In this document: piece after piece, positions 8,800 through 16,408 of the stretch | Position numbering within the stretch: the first letter of the stretch is position 1 | Layout of the letters: each line of letters opens with the position of its first letter | DNA from: Candidatus Poseidoniaceae archaeon | GTDB lineage: Archaea; Thermoplasmatota; Poseidoniia; Poseidoniales; Poseidoniaceae | DNA: 55,487 nt | NCBI GenBank assembly: GCA_024958795.1 | Contig: JANXHP010000037.1 | Span: 1-55,487 of the forward strand | Direction: 5' to 3' | Notes under the pieces: model-generated | Seen by the model: the letters and a program-made list of their open reading frames with translations, nothing else | Told to the model about the DNA's origin: nothing | Databases searched by the model: none | Made by a program: the position numbers and the translations under genes

Positions 8800-9921
8800 A
8801 TGGAAAACAGCGAGAGGCTAGAAGTTCTCACTACACCATCGCGAAGAGATGGTGTCCGATTGCAATTGGAACAAACAATTCAGCAAATGGGCAAGCAAAT
8901 GGACTTGCGAATGCGCCAAGTCCCCCATGTAGAATCTGCTATTGAAGCCTTGAAAGATGGAAACTGTGACTTGATTGCATTGAGTGCCCATGACTGGAGA
9001 GAATTTGATACATTAGGTCTTGTCATTGCTGGAGTATTACCGCGTCGTGAACCAACATGGGTATTGGTTAGTGATGACAAGCCAGAATATCTGATTGGAC
9101 AACCTGTTATTGTTTGTGATCATCCATTACTTCACCGACAATTTTTACGAGTTAGATTTGATAGTGTCATATTGTCAAGTGAAGAATTTGCTGATAGTAT
9201 TGACAAATTAGAAGAATATACTGCTCTGCCAGAAAATGAACGAGTTCCTTGGCTTGAAGAACAAAGACAAGAGGAAAAATTAGACGGGTATATCGTTACT
9301 AGAGGAGAGCATCAAGCATTGCCATTCAAGGCACGTCGCCATACATTAGGATTGCAAAGAGAAAATCCTGAGCGTTCAAGATTTATTCCACCTCCTCTAA
9401 ATGGATTCACCTTAATGGTTGCAAGAAAGGATTTCCCTTCACACAAAATTGAAAATTGGTGTGATTCGGGAGCGTTCATCGCACATCGAATGGAAAGTGC
9501 GATTTGGGATTCATTACCTGATAACATTTCTCAACTCGTTGGAATATTTGTTGAACAGAGAAAAATTTCTACAATTCTTAGAGAAGCAAAAAGAACAAAT
9601 GATGAGCAAATTACGGATTCAATTCTAGATATTAACAAAAAGGTGAAAAATACTGTTCCAAGACTTGAAATGAAAATTGAGATTCTTGACCCTCTAGGCA
9701 TGGTTTCTGCAGCAGCAGAGCGAGTCTGTCCAGTTGCTGATAGCCACATGGGAATGATCACATTGCTAAAAGAATTCAATATCCTCCTTGAGACCTTGTC
9801 TAGTGAGCATGAACAATTAGCAAAACATTTCCATGGACTACCGAAGGATTTCTCTGAAGCAAAACCAGCAATGCTCAACTTGGGAATTGATTATTCGGAC
9901 TCATCCGAAGATGAAGATTGA
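8800..9921 (+). CDS. Hypothetical protein whose N-terminal half distantly resembles porphobilinogen deaminase (HemC) but lacks its conserved motifs
   Basis: IEALKDGNCDLIALSAHD and GLVIAGVLPRREPTWVLVS parallel the HemC segments ALL.g.iDiAVHS.KD and gL.i.a...REDprDa.VS. The Arg/Gly-rich substrate-binding and cofactor motifs are not visible. The start is set at ATG 8800, preceded by GAGG. The track start at 8662 overlaps the synthase gene. Confidence 0.35.
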   Translation: MENSERLEVLTTPSRRDGVRLQLEQTIQQMGKQMDLRMRQVPHVESAIEALKDGNCDLIALSAHDWREFDTLGLVIAGVLPRREPTWVLVSDDKPEYLIGQPVIVCDHPLLHRQFLRVRFDSVILSSEEFADSIDKLEEYTALPENERVPWLEEQRQEEKLDGYIVTRGEHQALPFKARRHTLGLQRENPERSRFIPPPLNGFTLMVARKDFPSHKIENWCDSGAFIAHRMESAIWDSLPDNISQLVGIFVEQRKISTILREAKRTNDEQITDSILDINKKVKNTVPRLEMKIEILDPLGMVSAAAERVCPVADSHMGMITLLKEFNILLETLSSEHEQLAKHFHGLPKDFSEAKPAMLNLGIDYSDSSEDED

Positions 9922-10520
9922 ATCCCTAATTTTTCCTTAGCGATTTTAATTCCTTTAGATGTACGGTCATCGCCTGCAATTAGAACATCATATCCTTGTG
10001 TTGCTATATAATTCTGTAAATCATCCATTTCTGAGGGTGAATTATCATTGGACAATTCAAACAGATTTGCATCCAAATTTCGTGCATCCGATTCCCATCC
10101 TGCAGAATTTACTTGCATAGCAAGTGTGAATTTTTCAACTAAATCAACAGCAGAATATGTTGGATTAATAACAAACGATAATGACTGAGCAACCTTTTGA
10201 TTAGCTACTTTTAATCGGGAAAGGCCTTCCGCAATTTCAAGTAATACTTCCTTTAATTCGTCTGAATTGCTGTTTCGAGTGAATCTTCTCTGTGCTTTGT
10301 CCAATTGTTTTCTCATTGTGATTACACCAGCAATAATTGCTTCCTTAGTTCTTGCAGCATCTATTATTGCATTTTCAGCATTTTTAACACGGGCAGCCAA
10401 ATTAGCTTCAAAAATTTTGTACTCTTTTTTGAAATCACTTCTAACCGTACTGCTAATAGCAGTTGCCAAGAGTTGTGCTTCCTTTAGAGCAGATTTTGCG
10501 GCACGTTGCTCATTGCCCAT
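9891..10520 (-). CDS. Hypothetical alpha-helical protein with an acidic Ser-rich tail
   Basis: The sequence is helical with heptad-like patterning, a basic N-terminal half and the tail SSSSDESE. TTG 10526 and ATG 10520 are both possible starts. Confidence 0.5.
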   Translation of the reverse strand: MGNEQRAAKSALKEAQLLATAISSTVRSDFKKEYKIFEANLAARVKNAENAIIDAARTKEAIIAGVITMRKQLDKAQRRFTRNSNSDELKEVLLEIAEGLSRLKVANQKVAQSLSFVINPTYSAVDLVEKFTLAMQVNSAGWESDARNLDANLFELSNDNSPSEMDDLQNYIATQGYDVLIAGDDRTSKGIKIAKEKLGIQSSSSDESE

Positions 10521-10579
10521 GTTCAACCCGTACCGCTATGTGCATTCATCATTTCAAACCCTCGCATGAAAATTTGTCA

Positions 10580-10597
10580 CGCCCCCTAAAGGGGGCG
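10580..10597. other. GC-rich perfect palindrome CGCCCCCT-AA-AGGGGGCG
   Basis: Read directly from the sequence. It lies in the 173-bp spacer between divergent genes (10520 on the minus strand, 10700 on the plus strand). Confidence 0.7.
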
Positions 10598-10699
10598 CTG
10601 AAATATCGTATTTTACTCACAAAAACGGCTAATCTTAGTTAATGTCACAGCGAAGACACATATAGTCTAAGTGACGGATTGACAAATGAAGGTGGGAAC

Positions 10700-12472
10700 A
10701 TGGTTGACAAAGGGGCTCTCTTGGCTGAACTTTATCAGGCTAGATTTGACGGTTTGAAGGAAATCGCAATAGCATATCAATTGCCTAAATCTGGTTCGGT
10801 GGAATCTCTTCGCGCCCGTTTAATTCAAAACCTCATTTTAGACCAATGGGATTTGTCTGAAGATGCAATTAAAAATTTAATGAATGCTGAAATGGGTGAA
10901 ATCTTAGGCGTCTTTGGAATCAAAAAGTCTGGCTCAATCAGGGCCCGAAGACAGCGTTTATACCTACATTTATACCATGATCCAAAAATTCTATTGGTTG
11001 AAAAGTTGGATGATCACACAAGAGATAAATTGCATGCAATGTGTAAGGCATTAGAATTACCCCTTTCAGGAAATAAACAAGCATTACTCATTAGAATCGC
11101 TGGAGTTCTAGCAAGTCAGCAAGGTGGCTGGGGTAAAGTGAAGAAGAGTTTGAGAAGACCAAGAGGCAAGATACATCTGCCAAATATCCCATATCCAAGT
11201 GAAGATTCATCGCAGCAAGCACAAACTGAGAGTAGTACACTACTACAGGATACTGTTGATGATTTTGTTACGGAACACCCAGAGGGGTGGACATTTGAAG
11301 AAGAAACTGAACTGAGAACTGAATTGGCAGAAGAAGGTTTGAATCCATCCTTAGCATCAGTTTCTGCAGATATTGATGAAGCATTAAGAGGTGAAACTAC
11401 TACTGAAGAAGTTTCAGTTCCACCAATGATTCAATCCGCACAAATTACTGAGTCAGAATCCAAGCACAGTCTCGAAACTGAGGCAGTATTGATGGAAACA
11501 AACTCACGAAAGGCAGAAATTGAATCTGCTGGGCGAGATTTCCTAACTATTTCTTCAACTAGTGACAGTGATGATTTAGAAGTGTTCATTTCTAGTCTTG
11601 CTAACCATGGATTTGCAATTGAAGTTGCTGCTGTTAGAGATTCAATACGTAATATCATCATGGAATTAGATTTTAGAAGCCAAACTGAAAAGAATGCACT
11701 TCACTCAACACCTAATTCATGGTCTGAGAGAGAAGCTCTGAGAACATTTGAGGGAGCGAGAAATTCCCTACGTGGACAACTGGCCGATACTTTGGCCGCA
11801 CATCCAGGAGATTTGGTAAAGGCGCGGATGGCATTTGAGGAAGTGGGTCGTTCACTTGGCCTTGATTTGAGGATTCCAAGTATTTCCGGAAGACTTCATG
11901 CTTTGTTTGATTTACATGTTGATATTGGTGAGTCACAAGCATTGCAAGACCCTGCTATTGCAAGAAGAAATCGTGTTCTTCGTATTCTTCAACATGGAAC
12001 AGTTCATCTTCAGGCAGCCGAATGCAGAACATTAGATCGTATTGAGAGAAATATTGCAGCATTTGAAGAACTTGTTGAAACTGTATTAGAATCGAGTGAA
12101 GGAACATTTTCTGAGGCTCAACAAGTACTTGTCATTAGATTCCTTGAGTCAAGAGGTTATGATGTAAACACTGCTACTCTAAGGCCAAGAATTCTTGCCT
12201 GTGCAGGCATTATTGGTTCCGAATTAGGTTTTATCTCTCCAACTGAAATACCACGTATTGCACCAGGAATTATTATTTCAGATTCACAGGTTGATGCAAT
12301 TGTTGTTGAATTACAAGCACTAGCTGATGCATTCAAACCCAAGAAAGAAACTGCTGTAAAAGAACATGAGGAAGAACTTGCAGAATCTGTTGCAAATGCA
12401 GCAGACCACTTGACAGATGTTCGTGCAAAGATTGACAGAGTTGACAATATCTTAGAAAGACTAAGAATTTGA
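10700..12472 (+). CDS. Hypothetical protein with three N-terminal SAP/HeH-like motifs and a long acidic helical C-terminal region
   Basis: The three motifs are LKEIAIAYQLPKSGSVESLRARLIQ, ILGVFGIKKSGSIRARRQRLYLHL and LHAMCKALELPLSGNKQALLIRIAGVL. Each fits the L..L...L...G.k..Li.Rl pattern. ATG 10700 is preceded by AAGGTGGG. Confidence 0.45.
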   Translation: MVDKGALLAELYQARFDGLKEIAIAYQLPKSGSVESLRARLIQNLILDQWDLSEDAIKNLMNAEMGEILGVFGIKKSGSIRARRQRLYLHLYHDPKILLVEKLDDHTRDKLHAMCKALELPLSGNKQALLIRIAGVLASQQGGWGKVKKSLRRPRGKIHLPNIPYPSEDSSQQAQTESSTLLQDTVDDFVTEHPEGWTFEEETELRTELAEEGLNPSLASVSADIDEALRGETTTEEVSVPPMIQSAQITESESKHSLETEAVLMETNSRKAEIESAGRDFLTISSTSDSDDLEVFISSLANHGFAIEVAAVRDSIRNIIMELDFRSQTEKNALHSTPNSWSEREALRTFEGARNSLRGQLADTLAAHPGDLVKARMAFEEVGRSLGLDLRIPSISGRLHALFDLHVDIGESQALQDPAIARRNRVLRILQHGTVHLQAAECRTLDRIERNIAAFEELVETVLESSEGTFSEAQQVLVIRFLESRGYDVNTATLRPRILACAGIIGSELGFISPTEIPRIAPGIIISDSQVDAIVVELQALADAFKPKKETAVKEHEEELAESVANAADHLTDVRAKIDRVDNILERLRI

Positions 12473-12477
12473 TTTAT

Positions 12478-13722
12478 TCATTGTGCTCTTGAAGCATAGA
12501 AATTTTGTATGACTGTTGATACTGTTTGTGTATCACTAATGTCCCTTTTAACCATATCATTGAGAATAGCCTGTCTTTGTTCAACATGCTTTTCAAACAC
12601 AGCAGGAGTCACACCTGCTGCCTTACAAATCGTTTCTCTCAATTTACTAGGAATTCCAGTTTCTTCAATTTGGTCAGTAGATGCATTATATTTCCAAATG
12701 ATATTTAGACGAGGTTTATCTCCTTCCATTCCTGCAATTTCTGCAACTTCAGTGATTTTACGAGCCGTTTTTCCATTTACGTGTAAACGTGCTTGAATTA
12801 TTATCAAATCTAATCCAGAAAGCATGATTGGTGGAACATTCATAGGTGGATTGATCATTCTTGTAACGGTTTCTTGCGCCGTATTAGCGTGCAGAGAACC
12901 GAATGAACCATCGTGACCAGTATTCATTGCAGTCAATAGAGTTGCACATTCAGGACCACGCACTTCACCCACAATTATTCTGTCAGGACGCATACGCAGT
13001 GATGATTTCAAACAATCATTCATATCAACTTCTGGAGTCCCATCCGGTCTCTCCCTTCTGGTCTCCATTCTCAACCAGTGATCGTGATAAACTTGCAACT
13101 CAGCAGTATCTTCTACTGTTAACAAACGTCTTGACCATGGAATAAACATCCCCATACAATTTAGAGTGGTAGTTTTACCAGAACCAGTACCACCTGCAAT
13201 TACGAAATTTGCAGGACGGCTGTCCAATCCTTCAATCCAAACCCACATCATTGCTGCAAGTCTTGAATTTACAGTTCCAAAGCGAACCAAATCAACAATA
13301 GTTAGTGGGTCTTCCTTGAACTTTCTAATAGTCAGAGTTGGGCCATCTGGAGTAACTGGAGGAATTGTTCCATTTACACGAGAACCATCTGGTAATCTTC
13401 CATCAAAGATTGGAACCATACCAGGGCCATCTCCTAATGGAACATTGGTAAATGCTGCAATATTCTTTGCAATTTGCAACCCTTCTCCATCCTCAATCCA
13501 AATATTGGTCCGACACATTCCATGTTCTCTGTGAGCAATCTTTACACATTGTGCACCACCATTATACATCACTTCTTCAAGTGCATCATCTTCTAAAAGA
13601 ATTTGTAAATCACCATAGGGATTCGGTTGAACTGCACCTTCGACATGGTAAATCGGAGAAGGATGATCTCCTTCCATGTAAATCGTTACTTTTCCGTATT
13701 GTTCTAATATTTTTTCAGACAT
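12478..13722 (-). CDS. Type IV pilus/archaellum-family secretion ATPase (FlaI/TadA/VirB11-like)
   Basis: It has Walker A GGTGSGKTT, the DRIIVGEVRG motif and the His-box GHDGSFGSLHAN. ATG 13722 is preceded by AGGTGGTGG. Confidence 0.85.
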   Translation of the reverse strand: MSEKILEQYGKVTIYMEGDHPSPIYHVEGAVQPNPYGDLQILLEDDALEEVMYNGGAQCVKIAHREHGMCRTNIWIEDGEGLQIAKNIAAFTNVPLGDGPGMVPIFDGRLPDGSRVNGTIPPVTPDGPTLTIRKFKEDPLTIVDLVRFGTVNSRLAAMMWVWIEGLDSRPANFVIAGGTGSGKTTTLNCMGMFIPWSRRLLTVEDTAELQVYHDHWLRMETRRERPDGTPEVDMNDCLKSSLRMRPDRIIVGEVRGPECATLLTAMNTGHDGSFGSLHANTAQETVTRMINPPMNVPPIMLSGLDLIIIQARLHVNGKTARKITEVAEIAGMEGDKPRLNIIWKYNASTDQIEETGIPSKLRETICKAAGVTPAVFEKHVEQRQAILNDMVKRDISDTQTVSTVIQNFYASRAQ

Positions 13723-13723
13723 T

Positions 13724-14458
13724 TCAACCACCACCTATTGCTTTTACAGCACCTAAATACAATCCCATCGATATTGCCATCCACAATGGCAAGAACCACA
13801 AATAACTCTTCAAACGACCTAGCATTCTACCAGAGACGCCTACTCCCACTGCTGAAGCAGCAGCAAAGAATGTGCCAAATGTGGAATTGAAGTCATCTAA
13901 TTTAAATCCAGAACTTGCTGGTGCAAAAAGACCAACAATAAATGCGATAAGTCCTGGAAGACCTATAGATACGAACATTATGATAAGAATACCTCTTCCC
14001 AACAATTCGTTTTCTCTTTTATTGATTAAATCATTAAGTCTCTCATAATCATGACTTAAACTTTCAAGAATAACTTGTAATGGTGCATCTTGGTCCATTG
14101 CTGTTTCAATTAACATCATCACCCTTTGTACTTGAGAAGACCTCGTTTTCGCTGAAAATGAGGTTAATGCAGAATTAATATCTGATGCATGACTTTCTTG
14201 TAATGTCTGTTTCAATAATTCACTGAGCAAACCTGGCATATTTTTTGCTTGCTCCATCATAGCCTCTTGCAAACCATGTCCTGCTCCAACGGAACTGGCT
14301 AATGACTCAAGTAATCCAGGTAAGGAATTCTCAATTTTTCTCCTCCTGTTTCGCTCTATCATTGGAGGAATACCACCACCTGCAACAGCAATTCCAATTA
14401 CGCCCAAATAGAGCAATAAAGGTTCACTGTTGAAAGATTCTAAGAAACGATAAAACAT
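13724..14458 (-). CDS. Half-size T2SF-domain membrane platform protein (TadC/FlaJ-like)
   Basis: LPGLLESLASSVGAGHGLQEAM resembles the TadB/C motif lPd.ld.la.slrAG.sl.eAl. Hydrophobic helices lie at the N- and C-termini. Confidence 0.7.
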   Translation of the reverse strand: MFYRFLESFNSEPLLLYLGVIGIAVAGGGIPPMIERNRRRKIENSLPGLLESLASSVGAGHGLQEAMMEQAKNMPGLLSELLKQTLQESHASDINSALTSFSAKTRSSQVQRVMMLIETAMDQDAPLQVILESLSHDYERLNDLINKRENELLGRGILIIMFVSIGLPGLIAFIVGLFAPASSGFKLDDFNSTFGTFFAAASAVGVGVSGRMLGRLKSYLWFLPLWMAISMGLYLGAVKAIGGG

Positions 14459-14462
14459 ATAA

Positions 14463-15044
14463 TCACAATCCTGGGTCCTTTGTATGAGCTTTCAAGCCGA
14501 TAAATATCATTCCAACCAAAGTGACAACTAAACCACCATTCACTACTGAATTAATCAAAGCTGGATCTGGTATTGACATAAATGCTGCAATATCACCAGT
14601 CAATAGTTGTGGAATTAATCCAGCGATTGACAAAATAATCGGGCCAATCATACCAATTGAAAGTAATGTTTCAGGAACTCCCCCTAATTCTTCAATATAT
14701 TTTTTGACTTCTTCAGCCCTTTCTTCCTCCATCCGCGAACCTTGTTTTCTCAAAGTTTCAACAATGTCTGTATTTTGTGTTACGTTATTGTATAGAGTAT
14801 TCAACAATCTACGATAACCATCAGATTCTGCAAGATTCATCATACTTTTTAGTTCGTATTCAAGACCGCGTGATTTACCACTTGACAATTGCTTCATTAT
14901 TTGTGAAAAGTCTTCACTAATTATTCCATAACCGCCTTGACCTATTGTGTGTAATGCTGCTTCAAGACCTACACCTGAGGACATTAAAACATCAAGAGTT
15001 CGAATGACATAGAGACCTTCTCTCTTTTCATCCAAAATTCTCAC
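14463..15044 (-). CDS. Half-size T2SF-domain membrane platform protein (TadB/FlaJ-like)
   Basis: LYVIRTLDVLMSSGVGLEAALHTIGQGGYGIISEDFSQI is a T2SF-like domain followed by two C-terminal TM helices. The start is GTG, preceded by GAGGTGA. Confidence 0.7.
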   Translation of the reverse strand: MRILDEKREGLYVIRTLDVLMSSGVGLEAALHTIGQGGYGIISEDFSQIMKQLSSGKSRGLEYELKSMMNLAESDGYRRLLNTLYNNVTQNTDIVETLRKQGSRMEEERAEEVKKYIEELGGVPETLLSIGMIGPIILSIAGLIPQLLTGDIAAFMSIPDPALINSVVNGGLVVTLVGMIFIGLKAHTKDPGL

Positions 15045-15053
15045 TTTTTCACC

Positions 15054-15407
15054 TCAAACAATATCTTCAATTAATTCTAGCAAGAATGATTCATTATCAC
15101 TATTATATTCCATACTCGCAAAAACAACCTTTACATCTCTCTCTTCAAATGGATCGTGTATGAATGGCTGACCGGTTCTAAAGATTGAAATCAACTTTTT
15201 ATATTCATCAATACCAATTTCTCCACTAACCGAATAAACAGTGGATTCAGAGCCTTCATCATGTAAGTTATCACCTTCTCCACCTCTAACAATTGTTCTC
15301 GTAATTCTACGAGTAAGTTTCACTTTCATATCGGTATTTGCTATTCTAATCCAATCTGCACTAGTAGTCCCTGTTGCGGGACGAATGAAGAAATCTATTC
15401 CTGCCAT
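15054..15407 (-). CDS. Small soluble hypothetical protein, first gene of the pilus-like operon
   Basis: The protein is 117 aa with no hydrophobic or class III signal segment. ATG 15407 is preceded by GAGGT. Its stop overlaps the SD of the next gene. Confidence 0.5.
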   Translation of the reverse strand: MAGIDFFIRPATGTTSADWIRIANTDMKVKLTRRITRTIVRGGEGDNLHDEGSESTVYSVSGEIGIDEYKKLISIFRTGQPFIHDPFEERDVKVVFASMEYNSDNESFLLELIEDIV

Positions 15408-15469
15408 GTTGCGACCTCTAACTTAGGCACAACCCGAGCGGGTATTCAATGTGTTGGATTGTCAATCAC

Positions 15470-16408
15470 TTATTCAACTATTTTGAACCAGCCAAATCTA
15501 GGCTCATGAATGACTCCTTTTTCAGATAATTCATCCAACATCGCTTCACTATCTTGACGTGAAAAACCTCTCGCATTAGCATTACTGAGAACTGCTTCAA
15601 AGTCAACACCATCACCCTGGTCGAGTTGACGGATAATAGAAAGCGCACATTCTTCTAAATCAGAACCATCTGTGCCACCTTCAGTTTCATCTCCTTCTTC
15701 CCCCTCAGTTAATACATTGAGTGTTGGCACTGGTTTTGTTGCATTGGCCATTTTGCCTTCAGCGATATCTAATGCCTGCATTATATTCAATTTGTATTGT
15801 TCTAAATCAATTTCTCCATAGTGATTTCTAGATGATACAAGCCCAGATACAAGATTTGCTGGAATACTTTCACTTGAACTATACGCTTGTTCTGTTGGCT
15901 CCAATTCTAATGATGCTGAGAATGCATTCATCCTTTCAATTGTGCTTTGACAAGCACGTGTTATCCAATTTGCATATGTATTTCCATCGATGATACACGC
16001 TTCTTCTGGGCGTAATGAAGTATAGATTGCCCCCTCATCAGTTTGGTACCATCGCGCCTTTGCAACCATCAATACCAATTCCGGCTCACCGACTTCGATT
16101 CTTTCAGTCAAGGTCATAGTTAACTCGCGCATTGATTCACTTGCATAATCCCCTACTGAGAAGTAATGTTGTCCCGATGGGTCTCGTAATTGACCTTGAT
16201 ACAGAGTGGAACCATTTGCTGTTTCACGTACTTCCAATCTCTCCAACAATCCAGCTACGATTACGCGATTTACTTTTGCTCCCAATTTTGTAATGACAAA
16301 GGATGGATCAAATTCTCCAGACCCCTTTTCGTTAAGGGTAGCATCCCTAAATTCTGATGCTAGCATATGCCATGCAGGTTGACGCTTTGCTCTTGGTGAT
16401 GCCTGCAT
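15470..16408 (-). CDS. RPA-associated OB-fold protein (COG3390/RPA32-like) with a C-terminal winged-helix-like domain
   Basis: The segment VNRVIVAGLLERLEVRETANGSTLYQGQLRDPSGQHYF looks like an OB fold. An acidic linker follows, then a WH-like C-terminus ending ...GVIHEPRFGWFKIVE. Its ATG shares one base with the rpa TGA stop. Confidence 0.6.
   Translation of the reverse strand: MQASPRAKRQPAWHMLASEFRDATLNEKGSGEFDPSFVITKLGAKVNRVIVAGLLERLEVRETANGSTLYQGQLRDPSGQHYFSVGDYASESMRELTMTLTERIEVGEPELVLMVAKARWYQTDEGAIYTSLRPEEACIIDGNTYANWITRACQSTIERMNAFSASLELEPTEQAYSSSESIPANLVSGLVSSRNHYGEIDLEQYKLNIMQALDIAEGKMANATKPVPTLNVLTEGEEGDETEGGTDGSDLEECALSIIRQLDQGDGVDFEAVLSNANARGFSRQDSEAMLDELSEKGVIHEPRFGWFKIVE

Noticed and set aside
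9891-10520. The idea that the 209-aa helical protein (basic N-terminal half, acidic tail) is an ESCRT-III/PspA-superfamily member.
   Set aside because: Only composition and length fit. I cannot point to a specific conserved motif. It is left as hypothetical.
15054-15407. Possible resemblance of the 117-aa protein to the N-terminal region of Mu-type phage DNA-circulation/tail proteins (an acidic-Gly, aromatic-x-V-x-G, Y..L, G.P...H.P spacing).
   Set aside because: It rests only on a loose pattern recalled from memory. No other viral genes, integrase or att-like repeats are nearby. It needs a profile search before being claimed.
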